Made by a program: the position numbers and the translations under genes. From the sequence record OR699282.2: DNA of 64,000 bases; one strand, written 5' to 3'. Below, piece by piece: positions 28,580 through 39,045 of this stretch (the stretch's first letter is position 1; each line of letters starts with the position of its first letter). The notes below the pieces were generated by a model. It saw only the letters and a list, made by a program, of their open reading frames with translations. It was not told the DNA's origin and ran no database searches.

Positions 28580-31500
28580 TTAAGCTGTACGTTGTGCAAT
28601 AAACATATCTGCTACTGGACTCACACCGTCATAAATGACTTGGTAAATGGTCACACTACCAGCAGTTTTGTTTAGAGTTCCATCAACAACCGCATAAGTA
28701 CCGTCAGTAGTAAAGTTTCTATTACCTGTTGCATCTTGTTTTACATAAATGTATACTGAAGATGCTTTACCACCACCAATTAGACCAGTGATTGGTGCTA
28801 GAGTTGTATCTTGATCTAGAGTGATAAAGTATACGTTGCTAGTACCGTCTGGGGTCCAAGTACCAGTTGGTGCGATAACAGAAGAAGTTACTTGATTAGG
28901 AATAACATCATATTTTTTAGTAGTTACTGTTGTAGTAGTTAGGTCAGCATTAGTAGTTGTTAATTGACCAGTTACAGTTACATCTTTATCAAATACCGCA
29001 TTTTCTTTGAAAGAAGATGTTGCATTGACAGTTAATGTATCAGCAGCAGCGTCACCTAAAACAACACTACCATTTGCAGTCATTAAACCAGTAACAGTTA
29101 AAGTACCACCGATGGTTGCTGCTCCAGTAACAGATGCACTAGCAAGTGTTGCTGCACCAGAAGTAGTAATGGTAGTTACTGAAGTTGCTGCTAGGGTTGC
29201 AGTACCTGTTGCAGAAATATCACCACCAACAGTTAGGTTACCAGAAGTAATTCCAACGGTTCCAGTAATGTTAGCACCACTTGACATTGTTACTGCACCA
29301 CCAAATGAACCAGTAGTAGTTACTTCAAGGGTGTTCCCTTTTAGTAGACCAGTTGCAGTAATACTTGTACCTGCGGTAATGCTAGTACCAGCAGCAACAC
29401 TGTTGGTTGCAGTTAATGATTTAACAGCTACATCAGAGTTTGCTTGGTTTAGTGTTGCGTTTAGAAGACCAGTTACTGTAAAGTTACCGTTGTTAACTAC
29501 GTTACCATTGATTGTTAAGTTGTTGTTTTGTGAACCAACATCACCAATAGTTGCTGATTTGGAAATCAACTCTGCACCAGAAGTAATGTTACCCGCTGCA
29601 CTAATAGTGTCAGCCGCAACAACTGCATAAGGTTCAATTGTTTGACCACTAACGTCAATATCAGCGTTGATACCACCATCTACACGCAAGGAGCCTGCAA
29701 TGTAAGTATTAGGGAAAATCTGAACTGTCTCTGGTTGATCACCAATTTTAGTACCAATAATAACATCAGAACCAGTTTTAACTGCACCAGAGGTTGTTAG
29801 AGAACCTAAAGTTGTAGCACCAGTTACGCCTAATGTTCCACCAATTGTTGCGTTATTGGTAACTGCTAATGCAGCACCTTCACCATTAAGAGCGATTGAT
29901 GGAGCAGATACTGCACCAGTTACGCCTAATGTTCCACCAATTGTTGCGTTGCCATCTGAATGTAGAGTTGTAGCTACAGAAAGACTGTTAGCAACTACAT
30001 CAGTACTAGCTAAATCCAATGCACCTGGGGTTAATGTACCAGTAATGTTAACATTATTACCAAAGGTTGCTGCACCAGTCACATCTAGTGTAGTACTAAA
30101 TGTACCAGAGGTTGCAGAGATTGCACCTGAATCTAGTGATCCAACAGTTGCTTTACCAGTTACACCTAAAGTTCCACCAACAGTTCCATTTGTGGTTACA
30201 TCCAATGTACCAGTACTTAGTTCTTGTGCGGTTACCTTACCGGATGCAGTAACAGTTGAAGTGGAAACGCCACCAGTTAGAGTACTAGCACCAGTAACAC
30301 TTAATGTGGTTGCAGCAGTTACGCTATTTACGCTAAGATCAGCACCGGATAAGTCCAAACCACCTTCAGGAACAAATACACCCTTAACAGTTAGTTTTTG
30401 TACTGTACTATCACCTGTTACATCCAAGGTAGAAGCAGTTAAACCACCATTCATACTTGCTGCACCAGTAACACCTAGTGTAGTGGTTACAGTAGCACTA
30501 TTAAGTGTTGAACTACCAGAAATATTAGCACTAGGAGCAGTAATAGTTCCAGAATCAACTTGTATACCACCTGCAACAACCTGAATTCCACCAGCATTAA
30601 CTGTTAGTTTACCAGCAGTATTCAATGTATTTGAAACTGTTGTTGCACCAGTTAAAGTTGTAGTACCAGTTACACCTAAGTTACCAGAAATAGATGGACT
30701 ACCTGTAATATTACCAGTAGTTAGTATCAAATCAGTACCTACGGTAGTGGAGCCAGTACTTTCTAGTGTTACACCAACGATGTTTGCAGAACTTAGGTTA
30801 ATAGTACCATCAACAGTTAAGTTACCTTGAACGGTTGCATCACCTAGAGAAGTTAATGTCTTCACAGACACATCAGTTGTGCTAAGATCAATAACACCCG
30901 CAGTTAGTGTTCCAGATACTGCTAAATTACCAGTAATCGCGGTATTTTTAGTAATGGATACATTTTCTGCCGCTGAAGTAATAGAACCAACAGTAAGTAC
31001 ACCACCAACAGTTGCGTTATTAGTTACATTTAGAGCAGTTCCAACACCAGATAGTGTTGCTGACCCACCAGTAATTGCACCTGAGATTGAAGCTGTTGCT
31101 GCTGAAACATCACCAGAAACTACTGCATTTGTTGCATTTAGAGCAGACACTGTTACTTCAGTACTTTGAACTTTAGGTAGAACGTTGATACCTTCTGCAC
31201 TACTAACTGTAATAATACCAGTACTTGTTATAGATTTAACAGATACATCAGCACCACTTAAATCAACTGTACCAGAAACAACAAGATCTCCACCAATATT
31301 TGCTCCAGCGGTAGTAGTAATGGATTTTGCACTTACATCAGTTGTGCTCAAATCAATTGCACCTGGTGTTACTGTACCAGAAACTGTTAGGTCACCAGTA
31401 ATAGATGTATTATTGGAAATAGATACACCATCAACGTTACTAATTGTTGGGGTTTCTACAGAAACTGCTTTAACTTTACCTGAAGAAGTTACGTCAGCTA

Positions 31501-34105
31501 CGGTAGATGCACCAGTAACATTCAAATTAGTAATATTTGCAGTTGTTGAACCAAGGGTTGCAATAGTTGCATCAGTACTTTGAAGTTTAGGTAGAACACT
31601 ACTAATTGTGGATTCATTACTAACAATTGCACCAGTACTAGTTAAAGATTTGACAGTAACATCAGCCGTAGTAAGATCTACTGTACCATTAACAGTTAGG
31701 TTACCACCAATAGTTGCACCAGCAGTAGTAGTAATGGATTTAGCATTAACATCAGTTGTTGCTAGATCGATAGAGCCTGGAATAACTGCACCAGTAACGG
31801 TTAGGTCACCAGTTACATTTGTATTATTGGAAATAGTGACACCACTTGCATTTGAAATGGTTGGGGTAACCAACGATGCAGTTGTAGTTTCACCAGTTAC
31901 AGTTAAAGTTGACCCAACTAGAACAGATGAGCTTGAGTAAATTGTACCCAAATTAGCAGATCCGGAAACAGTTATATCATCAGCATTAACAGTAGTTGCC
32001 GTTATGGTAGTACTATTAAGTACTGGAAGTACGTTAGCATTAACAAGATCATTACTTTTAACAATACCAGAAGTAGTTAATGATTTAACATTAAGGTCGG
32101 CTGCTGATAAATCAAAAGAGCCTTGAACTACTAAATCACCACCAATAGTTGCACCAGCAGTAGTAGTGATTGATTTAGCATTAATATCGGTAGTGCTCAA
32201 GTCTAGAGAACCAACAGTTAAGCTACCAGTAATATCAACATTTTCTGTAAAGTTAGTATTACCACTAATAGTTGGTGCAGTCAGAGTTGTTGCACTAATA
32301 TTAGTACCGTTAATTGTTTGCCCACTTACAGTTCCACTCGCAGTGATAGTAGGAGCCGTTACTTCAGTAGATGCACTAATTGTTGGTGCAGATACAGAAG
32401 TTGTACCAGTAATAGAACCAGAACTTACTGAACCAGCGGATAATGCACCAGAAAGAGTTGCAGTTGTACCAGCAATATCACCAGTAACAGTTAGTTTAGC
32501 ACCCACGGTAGTGTTACCAGTACTTTCAAGTGTTGCACCTTTAATATTTGCTGCCGCGACAACAGAATTAGGTGTTAGATCCTGACCACTAACATCAACA
32601 GTTAGTCCAGTTACTGTTCCAGTAAATTCAACATCATTAAGAATTGCTTTACCACCAACTTGTAGGAATGGTGTACCTGGAGCTTGTGTTTCGTTACCAG
32701 TAATAGTTAGGTAATCTAGTTTGTTTAGACCGTTACCAGTAATACCATAAGTGGAAAGAGAAGCGTTACCGAAAGTTGCTGTTTTAAGAACGTTCAATGT
32801 AGAAGGAGAAACAACTTCTGATTGAACTTCGTTAGGTAGAATAACTGTTGGGCGTTGACCTGGTGCAGTATATCCAAAACCTAGTTTCACTGCCGCATCT
32901 TGACTATTTTGACCTAAGCTGATAGCTTTAAAGGATGCAGTACTGTTATAACCAGTAATATTAGAACCAAGAGTAACACCACCAACTAATGAAGTTACAC
33001 CAGTAACGTTCAAAGATACTGCATTGATATCGTCTAGTTGGAACGTTCCACCAAGAAGTCCAGAAACATTAATGTTATTAAAATTAGCAGTACCAGTACT
33101 TTCGATATTTGGAATAGTTGCAGTTCCGGTTACTTCAAAGTCCGCAACTTTAGTTTTGCCTTTTTGAACTTCTAATAGTGGTGTGTCTGGTGATTGTGTA
33201 TTGTTACCAGAAACTGTTAGATAATCTAATTTGTTTAGACCATTACCAGTAATACCATAAGAAGATAATGACGCATTACCAAAAGAAGCAGAGGTCAATA
33301 CTGTCAAGTTTGCAGGTGACATTAGCTCGGACTGAATTTCGTTTTGTAGAATAACAGTTGGGCGTTTACCAGGAGCAGTGTAAGGGAAGCTTAATCTGAA
33401 GGTTTGTGATTCAGAGTTAGAACCAATACGAATGTCTTTAAAAGTAGCAGTACTGTTAATACCAGTTACGTTAGCACCGAAAGTTACTGCACCTTGTTGG
33501 TTAGATGCACCAGTAACGTTCAATGTTACTGCATTTAAGTCAGATAGATTAAACTCACCACCAAGTGTACCACTAATTGTCACATCTTTAAATGTAGCAG
33601 TACCAGTACTACTAATATCTGTTGTACTTACATTAGTAATTTCTGCGGTATTAGCAGTAATTTTATCAAATGCAGCAGTAGTCCCAACATCAGCAGTAAT
33701 ATTACCTTTAAATGCTGTTGTTTCAGCAACTTCTAAGTTTTTAACTTTAGTTGCTTGTAGAGTGGTTGTACCAGCAGTTTGTGTAAAATCAGAACCAACT
33801 GATACAGTACCGTTAAAGGTAGCGTTTGAATTAATTGTTGCTGTATCAGACCCGACAACTGCACTACCGATTGTAGTATTACCCTCAACACCAAGACCAC
33901 CAGAAAGTGTTGCTTTGCCACCTACATCTAAAGTAGATGTAATATTGGCAGTTGATGATTCAATGGCAGTAAAAGTTGCATTTGCAAAAGTTACAGTACC
34001 ATTTACAGTTAGGTTATTATTGAAAACAGCATTTCCTTTGACTAAAAGATCCTTACCAACCGTACCAGCACCAGTAATATCTAAGTCAGTTTTTATTGAG
34101 TACAT
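28580..34105 (-). CDS. very long Thr/Gly/Val-rich fibre protein, 1841 aa
   Basis: Continuous ORF; short beta repeats (TVGG.L.V.G); C-terminal YVKQDATGNR domain. Confidence 0.85.
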   Translation of the reverse strand: MYSIKTDLDITGAGTVGKDLLVKGNAVFNNNLTVNGTVTFANATFTAIESSTANITSTLDVGGKATLSGGLGVEGNTTIGSAVVGSDTATINSNATFNGTVSVGSDFTQTAGTTTLQATKVKNLEVAETTAFKGNITADVGTTAAFDKITANTAEITNVSTTDISSTGTATFKDVTISGTLGGEFNLSDLNAVTLNVTGASNQQGAVTFGANVTGINSTATFKDIRIGSNSESQTFRLSFPYTAPGKRPTVILQNEIQSELMSPANLTVLTSASFGNASLSSYGITGNGLNKLDYLTVSGNNTQSPDTPLLEVQKGKTKVADFEVTGTATIPNIESTGTANFNNINVSGLLGGTFQLDDINAVSLNVTGVTSLVGGVTLGSNITGYNSTASFKAISLGQNSQDAAVKLGFGYTAPGQRPTVILPNEVQSEVVSPSTLNVLKTATFGNASLSTYGITGNGLNKLDYLTITGNETQAPGTPFLQVGGKAILNDVEFTGTVTGLTVDVSGQDLTPNSVVAAANIKGATLESTGNTTVGAKLTVTGDIAGTTATLSGALSAGSVSSGSITGTTSVSAPTISASTEVTAPTITASGTVSGQTINGTNISATTLTAPTISGNTNFTENVDITGSLTVGSLDLSTTDINAKSITTTAGATIGGDLVVQGSFDLSAADLNVKSLTTSGIVKSNDLVNANVLPVLNSTTITATTVNADDITVSGSANLGTIYSSSSVLVGSTLTVTGETTTASLVTPTISNASGVTISNNTNVTGDLTVTGAVIPGSIDLATTDVNAKSITTTAGATIGGNLTVNGTVDLTTADVTVKSLTSTGAIVSNESTISSVLPKLQSTDATIATLGSTTANITNLNVTGASTVADVTSSGKVKAVSVETPTISNVDGVSISNNTSITGDLTVSGTVTPGAIDLSTTDVSAKSITTTAGANIGGDLVVSGTVDLSGADVSVKSITSTGIITVSSAEGINVLPKVQSTEVTVSALNATNAVVSGDVSAATASISGAITGGSATLSGVGTALNVTNNATVGGVLTVGSITSAAENVSITKNTAITGNLAVSGTLTAGVIDLSTTDVSVKTLTSLGDATVQGNLTVDGTINLSSANIVGVTLESTGSTTVGTDLILTTGNITGSPSISGNLGVTGTTTLTGATTVSNTLNTAGKLTVNAGGIQVVAGGIQVDSGTITAPSANISGSSTLNSATVTTTLGVTGAASMNGGLTASTLDVTGDSTVQKLTVKGVFVPEGGLDLSGADLSVNSVTAATTLSVTGASTLTGGVSTSTVTASGKVTAQELSTGTLDVTTNGTVGGTLGVTGKATVGSLDSGAISATSGTFSTTLDVTGAATFGNNVNITGTLTPGALDLASTDVVANSLSVATTLHSDGNATIGGTLGVTGAVSAPSIALNGEGAALAVTNNATIGGTLGVTGATTLGSLTTSGAVKTGSDVIIGTKIGDQPETVQIFPNTYIAGSLRVDGGINADIDVSGQTIEPYAVVAADTISAAGNITSGAELISKSATIGDVGSQNNNLTINGNVVNNGNFTVTGLLNATLNQANSDVAVKSLTATNSVAAGTSITAGTSITATGLLKGNTLEVTTTGSFGGAVTMSSGANITGTVGITSGNLTVGGDISATGTATLAATSVTTITTSGAATLASASVTGAATIGGTLTVTGLMTANGSVVLGDAAADTLTVNATSSFKENAVFDKDVTVTGQLTTTNADLTTTTVTTKKYDVIPNQVTSSVIAPTGTWTPDGTSNVYFITLDQDTTLAPITGLIGGGKASSVYIYVKQDATGNRNFTTDGTYAVVDGTLNKTAGSVTIYQVIYDGVSPVADMFIAQRTA
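32650..33495 (-). repeat. internal duplication of about 170 aa spacing in the 1841-aa fibre
   Basis: YTAPGKRPTVILQNE..FGNASLSSYGITGNGLNKLDYLT versus YTAPGQRPTVILPNE..FGNASLSTYGITGNGLNKLDYLT; coordinates approximate. Confidence 0.85.
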
Positions 34106-34200
34106 TTATACCCTCCATTATAACCTTGTTAATATGTATATATTTAGTTTTATTATGCTGTTATCCAACAATTAATATGTTATTTGACAAAAGCAAATAT

Positions 34201-34236
34201 AATAAAAAACCAGACTTATTTAGAACAAGTCTGGTT
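34201..34236 (-). terminator. intrinsic terminator
   Basis: Minus strand AACCAGACTT...AAGTCTGGTT-TTTTATT. Confidence 0.7.
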
Positions 34237-34243
34237 AATTTTT

Positions 34244-35140
34244 TTACTTACCAGAGATTACAATCTTACCACTGAAAGAAATATCAGAAGTGAAGATTAC
34301 ATCACCAGTACTACTAATTTGTGTATCAGTCACTACCAATTCAAATGGAGATGACGCAACACTCCCAGGTGTTTTATTTGCATAAATTGAAATATACAAA
34401 TTATCTGGTGTTTGATTGTGTTCAGATGCAGGAATAGTGATTGTAAAATCACCAGCACTAGAAACCCAATCTGCTTGGTTTACCAATTTACTATAAGGTA
34501 CTGTCATTGTTGTTGCTCCTATAATGTTTACTTTAACACTTGCATAATCTGTGATTTGACCAATCACATCAATTGTTATATCCCCAATACCACTAACTGT
34601 TACTGTGGTTTGGAATACTGATTCCAATGCAACATTACCTGGGTCACCTTGTAGTTGGATCATAATATCAGAACCTCTACCATGAACTGATTCTGGTAGT
34701 GTGTAAGTATAATGATCAGTAGTATCTGGTACTAATGTAAATGCAGAAACAGGAACTATTTCAGTAGTTACATATGAACTATCAGTCCCAGGTGAGCTAC
34801 CTTTAAATGGTTTCCAAATACCAAGATCTTTAATATAAATTTGAAGAACATTAGTACTATCAACCAAAAAGTAAACGTCACCATCTAGACCGATTGAATC
34901 GGATGGTGCTGTTGTTCCACGTAAGATACCAGAACTACCACCACCACTGTGTGCGTTTAAATATCCCAATGTAACCAAGTGTGTGTTTGCAGTTGGTTCA
35001 CCTGCTGAAATTGGAAGAAGTTGTGTTCCTGAGTAGTTTTGAATTTGCACAACACTACCATTTGTGGTAATCTGTGCACCATTCTTCCCAAGAATGAAGG
35101 ACTTCTTCATGGTTCCTTCTAAATTAGAAAAAACTGCCAT
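34244..35140 (-). CDS. tail-associated protein sharing its N-terminal module with the tailspike
   Basis: MAVFSNLEGTMKKSFILGK; GTTAPSDSIGLDGDVYF; two C-terminal small beta domains. Confidence 0.8.
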   Translation of the reverse strand: MAVFSNLEGTMKKSFILGKNGAQITTNGSVVQIQNYSGTQLLPISAGEPTANTHLVTLGYLNAHSGGGSSGILRGTTAPSDSIGLDGDVYFLVDSTNVLQIYIKDLGIWKPFKGSSPGTDSSYVTTEIVPVSAFTLVPDTTDHYTYTLPESVHGRGSDIMIQLQGDPGNVALESVFQTTVTVSGIGDITIDVIGQITDYASVKVNIIGATTMTVPYSKLVNQADWVSSAGDFTITIPASEHNQTPDNLYISIYANKTPGSVASSPFELVVTDTQISSTGDVIFTSDISFSGKIVISGK

Positions 35141-35156
35141 TTTAATATAATCTCCT

Positions 35157-37298
35157 TTATGGTAGGGTTATGTAAGTTACGGGTTGGGCAGCTTTTAATG
35201 CTGCACCAGCGGCAGTTGCTGTTATGATAGGATCTGCAATATCAATTCTATATACGTTGTTTACAACATACACTGCACGAGTTATATACGTTCTCAAATC
35301 ACCACCATTTTCACCAGCACCGGATATAATGATCTCAGTACCAGCAGCTTTTGCATATTGGTTTTCACCCCATGACACACCCAATGCTTCTATGTATGTT
35401 TGTCCTACTACCGTTTGTCTAATTGTGTCATATTTTCCGAAAAAAGAACCACCAACAGTTACAATATATTTTCCACCCGATTGTTTATGAATAATCGTGC
35501 CTTCAGAGAAATAGCGTCCCCCAGGAAAAGTATCGTATGGAATATAATATTGCTCAACTACAGGTATCAGTACTGGGCCACGGTGACCTGTACCATCGAT
35601 TGCAGTTGTAACTTTAAAGTTATTAGATGATTGGTCTATTCTGTCTACATACATTTTAGAAAAACTATATTTTGAAACATTACAATCATCTTGAACAACA
35701 CAGTTAGTCCAATTAGTATAAGTATATTTAGAGCGAGTATAGATACCACCACCTTCGCCTTCGGTAGAGAGGTGTTGACCAATTACATCTAATTCTTTAG
35801 TTCTAATATCACTAAATTTAGATGATGATGGCAAACCACGCCAAAGGATTTTAGAACAGGTGATATTGCTCAATTCTGTATTATTTAACCAATTATCAGA
35901 ACCGGAAGTATAAACAAGTATAGAAGACTCTGGAATATAGAGATTAGAAATTTTAAAGTTTCTAGGTGGTCCAGCAAAACGACCAGAAGTTACACCCCAG
36001 TTTATTGAAACCATTCTATTTGTGATAGAAGGATCATTAAGCAAATGACCAGTCAACCCATCAATAATGAATTCTTTCGAACCATAAGTTATAACACCAG
36101 CAGTGGTTAATCCAGTACCAACAGAAACTAAAGATGATGGATAAACTTCATTATTAAGTATTTTAAAGTCCATTCCTAATTCAACGTGGATACATTGTCT
36201 AACATTATATAGTCTGTTATTTTTAATAACAAAGTTTCTGACATATTGTGTATCTGGTGCATCTAAACCATAAGGTCCAGAACCAGCAACGCCAATACCA
36301 ATACCCCAGTTTGAAAGTGGGATTGGAGCGTTAGAACCATCAACGTTTTCAATTACGTTTCCTTCAATCACAAAACCATCAGGATAATGTGAGTTAATTA
36401 CGTTTAGTTCAATTGCATCACCATAGATATCATGAATATGGTTATATGAATATCTACCAACCTTCATTTTCTCACCAGTACCTTGTTGAAGAACACCATA
36501 CTTACATTGGGTCATTTCATTAAAGCAAAAATCTATTGTTCCTGGTTGTGTCATACCTTGCATTAAAAATGCAGCAGTACTTGTGATGTTTATAAATTTA
36601 TTAAAATAAAACTTACCATCTCCACCGAAGAATTTTAAATAACATCCAGTAAGTGTTGCAAATTGTATTTGGGAATTAATAACGGATACCATAGTACCAC
36701 CATTACCAGTAATAGTTCCCCCAAACCAAGTTACATCTTCCAGGTATATTGCAGTTTTGATACGGTAATTACCACCAGCCTGAATTTGGATTTTATTTTC
36801 TTTAGCATAAGCAGCACATAAATTTACAGCAGCAGTGTCATCAGTTTCGCCATCACCTTTAGCACCAAATTCTTCTGGTGTTATATAAAACTGTGCCTGT
36901 TGAACTGTACCTCCAGTAATAAGTCCGATGAAATCTCCACCATTTTTACTGGATAGAACTTTTTTATTAATGTATAATGATTTTACCCATGTACCATTGC
37001 TTTTTGCAAAAATATCAACAATACCATCTTCATCAATTTGAAAATACGTATTATTGTTCTTTCCTATATCATCTGTAGGTGGTACAACACCAAATAATGC
37101 ATTAGGGTTATCTTCAAGATATTTTACGTTAACTGCTGAATTAGGGTCAGATGAAGTTCCTACCTTCAGTGGTAGGAACTGTTCTCCTAGATAATCTTTT
37201 ATAGAAACTGAATCATTGATAAAATTTATTGAAGCACCTTTTTTCCCCAATATGAATTTGGGCTGCATAGTTCCTTCAAAATTAGAAAATACTGCCAT
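35157..37298 (-). CDS. tailspike with WcaM-like beta helix, putative colanic-acid depolymerase
   Basis: EEFGAKGDGETDDTAA pectin-lyase start; GDAIELNV, NWGIGIGVAGS, VRNFV and RQCIHVE closely follow enterobacterial WcaM. Confidence 0.8.
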   Translation of the reverse strand: MAVFSNFEGTMQPKFILGKKGASINFINDSVSIKDYLGEQFLPLKVGTSSDPNSAVNVKYLEDNPNALFGVVPPTDDIGKNNNTYFQIDEDGIVDIFAKSNGTWVKSLYINKKVLSSKNGGDFIGLITGGTVQQAQFYITPEEFGAKGDGETDDTAAVNLCAAYAKENKIQIQAGGNYRIKTAIYLEDVTWFGGTITGNGGTMVSVINSQIQFATLTGCYLKFFGGDGKFYFNKFINITSTAAFLMQGMTQPGTIDFCFNEMTQCKYGVLQQGTGEKMKVGRYSYNHIHDIYGDAIELNVINSHYPDGFVIEGNVIENVDGSNAPIPLSNWGIGIGVAGSGPYGLDAPDTQYVRNFVIKNNRLYNVRQCIHVELGMDFKILNNEVYPSSLVSVGTGLTTAGVITYGSKEFIIDGLTGHLLNDPSITNRMVSINWGVTSGRFAGPPRNFKISNLYIPESSILVYTSGSDNWLNNTELSNITCSKILWRGLPSSSKFSDIRTKELDVIGQHLSTEGEGGGIYTRSKYTYTNWTNCVVQDDCNVSKYSFSKMYVDRIDQSSNNFKVTTAIDGTGHRGPVLIPVVEQYYIPYDTFPGGRYFSEGTIIHKQSGGKYIVTVGGSFFGKYDTIRQTVVGQTYIEALGVSWGENQYAKAAGTEIIISGAGENGGDLRTYITRAVYVVNNVYRIDIADPIITATAAGAALKAAQPVTYITLP

Positions 37299-37312
37299 TA
37301 TGACATCCTCCC

Positions 37313-38428
37313 TTAAATATTATCTTGAATCGGTTGGATAGGAGCTTGCCATGAAAGAGTACAAATAATTTCCATTTTTCCATAAGGACTGTTGTTAACA
37401 GAATCGTTGAATACACATGAAATAATTTCATCAACATCGGATGCTGCATGATTAGTTTCATTAACAATAAAACGCATCTGACGATTGATATCAAAGTAGG
37501 AAGTTGGTGCAATTACCGTCCCGCCAATATCTTCTTGTGCTTCACCACCAAAACGTACAAACATATCAGTTACTGGAAGAGAATAAGGTTGTATAACGTT
37601 TACATCAATATTAGAAACTACATATCCAGCAGGACATGTACCAATAACTAATAGTGCGTTAGTCCATGAGCTATCTATGGTATTTCTAATAGAAATTGTA
37701 TCTTTACCTGGTGCACCTGGTTCGCCTTGTATACCTTGAATACCTTGCTGACCTTCTTTACCACGGAATAGAATACCATCACTCCACTCTTTTGAAGGAG
37801 GGGTAGTTGTAGTTACTTCATCAACATAATATAGTTTTCCATCAGTGTTGTTATAAAAACAATAATCAACTGGAAGATTTTCAATACTTGGAAATTGATC
37901 ACCACTGCTATCAATATGGAAACGACCACGCGGACCTTGTTCACCACGGAAAGGTATACCATCACTCCAAGTAGCAGTTACACTTTGATAGAAATAAAGT
38001 TTACCATCTTGAGTATTATAAAATGTATAGTTATTAAAAAGACCAGTTGTTGGGAAAGTAGTTCCAGCACTATCAATGTGGAACGGCTTACCCGCTTCAC
38101 CCGTATCACCTTTACCAAACTCAACACTAATCCATGTACTTGTCGGATCTTGTGCATCATTTGATTTAAAGTATAGAGTACTGGTATTGTTAGCCAAGCT
38201 TAAGTAGCACCACCCAAGTGGTTCACCAACTTTAAATTGTTCGGAAGGAATTTCAAAACCAATCTCATTAGGATAAAAGTTTTTACCATTCTCGCCATTC
38301 TGTCCTACAACAAGACCTAAATCTTGAATTGTGTTATCTGCATAGGTTACAATTAAATGCCCAGCACCATTAATAACTAGACTTTTGATGCCGGAGTTAT
38401 TACATGAACCATTAAATGAAATTGTCAT
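37313..38428 (-). CDS. virion protein with short collagen-like GXY segments
   Basis: ATG 38428 with AAGGG RBS; GEQGPRG and GQQGIQGIQGEPGAPG; repeated FHIDS.G...FYN..DGKLY...WSDG units. Confidence 0.75.
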   Translation of the reverse strand: MTISFNGSCNNSGIKSLVINGAGHLIVTYADNTIQDLGLVVGQNGENGKNFYPNEIGFEIPSEQFKVGEPLGWCYLSLANNTSTLYFKSNDAQDPTSTWISVEFGKGDTGEAGKPFHIDSAGTTFPTTGLFNNYTFYNTQDGKLYFYQSVTATWSDGIPFRGEQGPRGRFHIDSSGDQFPSIENLPVDYCFYNNTDGKLYYVDEVTTTTPPSKEWSDGILFRGKEGQQGIQGIQGEPGAPGKDTISIRNTIDSSWTNALLVIGTCPAGYVVSNIDVNVIQPYSLPVTDMFVRFGGEAQEDIGGTVIAPTSYFDINRQMRFIVNETNHAASDVDEIISCVFNDSVNNSPYGKMEIICTLSWQAPIQPIQDNI

Positions 38429-38464
38429 AATATTTCCCTTGTATGAGTTAATGTCATATACCAA

Positions 38465-38506
38465 TATTTATCAGTACAAAATACATTTCGTTATCATTAA
38501 TAAATA
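38465..38506. promoter_or_regulatory. divergent pair of putative late promoters
   Basis: TATTTA at 38465-38470 (minus strand) and TAAATA at 38501-38506 (plus strand) between divergent virion genes. Confidence 0.5.
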
Positions 38507-38538
38507 AATGAAAGTTCACTACTAAAAGGGCTTAAACA

Positions 38539-39036
38539 ATGGCATTAAGATCAAAAGACTTTCTCTTCAGAAGAAAAACAAAAGATGGTTCATGGCAAGA
38601 TTTTCCTGAATCTGATAGCTGGTATCCAGCTAACTTGGATTATCACTGGAATGAACAAACGTTACCACTCGCAAGTGGTGGCTACTATGGCTGTACTACA
38701 GGTTTACATACTATTTCATTTACACTACGTAATTTTATTGGTAGAATTTATGTATTAGCTACATTAGCTAGTAATCCTACTGATGATGATTGGTTTCCAA
38801 TTAAATTCACTGAAAGTTGTAATTATTATCTTGAATTTACTGATATGGTTATTTTAAATCCAAATGGTGGGGATTTAATTAGACAACAAGGAACTACCGG
38901 AACATTTGCTGAAACAGTAACTGGTAATTTTACTTACCTTAAAGTTGGTATAGACCGTGATTATATTAGTAAGTATCCATCAGATGTCCAAAAAAGTTTA
39001 GCTGGGAAGTTAGAACAAATTTTAATTAACTACTAA
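38539..39036 (+). CDS. putative virion structural protein
   Basis: TAAATA at 38501; GLHTISF...FIGRIYVLATLA..P..DDWF pattern. Confidence 0.7.
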   Translation: MALRSKDFLFRRKTKDGSWQDFPESDSWYPANLDYHWNEQTLPLASGGYYGCTTGLHTISFTLRNFIGRIYVLATLASNPTDDDWFPIKFTESCNYYLEFTDMVILNPNGGDLIRQQGTTGTFAETVTGNFTYLKVGIDRDYISKYPSDVQKSLAGKLEQILINY

Positions 39037-39045
39037 GGATTAGAA

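Noticed and set aside
29007-34175. Several 100-250 aa plus-strand ORFs opposite the 1841-aa fibre gene
   Set aside because: They are antisense shadows of Thr/Val/Ala/Gly codon bias (few stops on the opposite strand), with no RBS or motifs.
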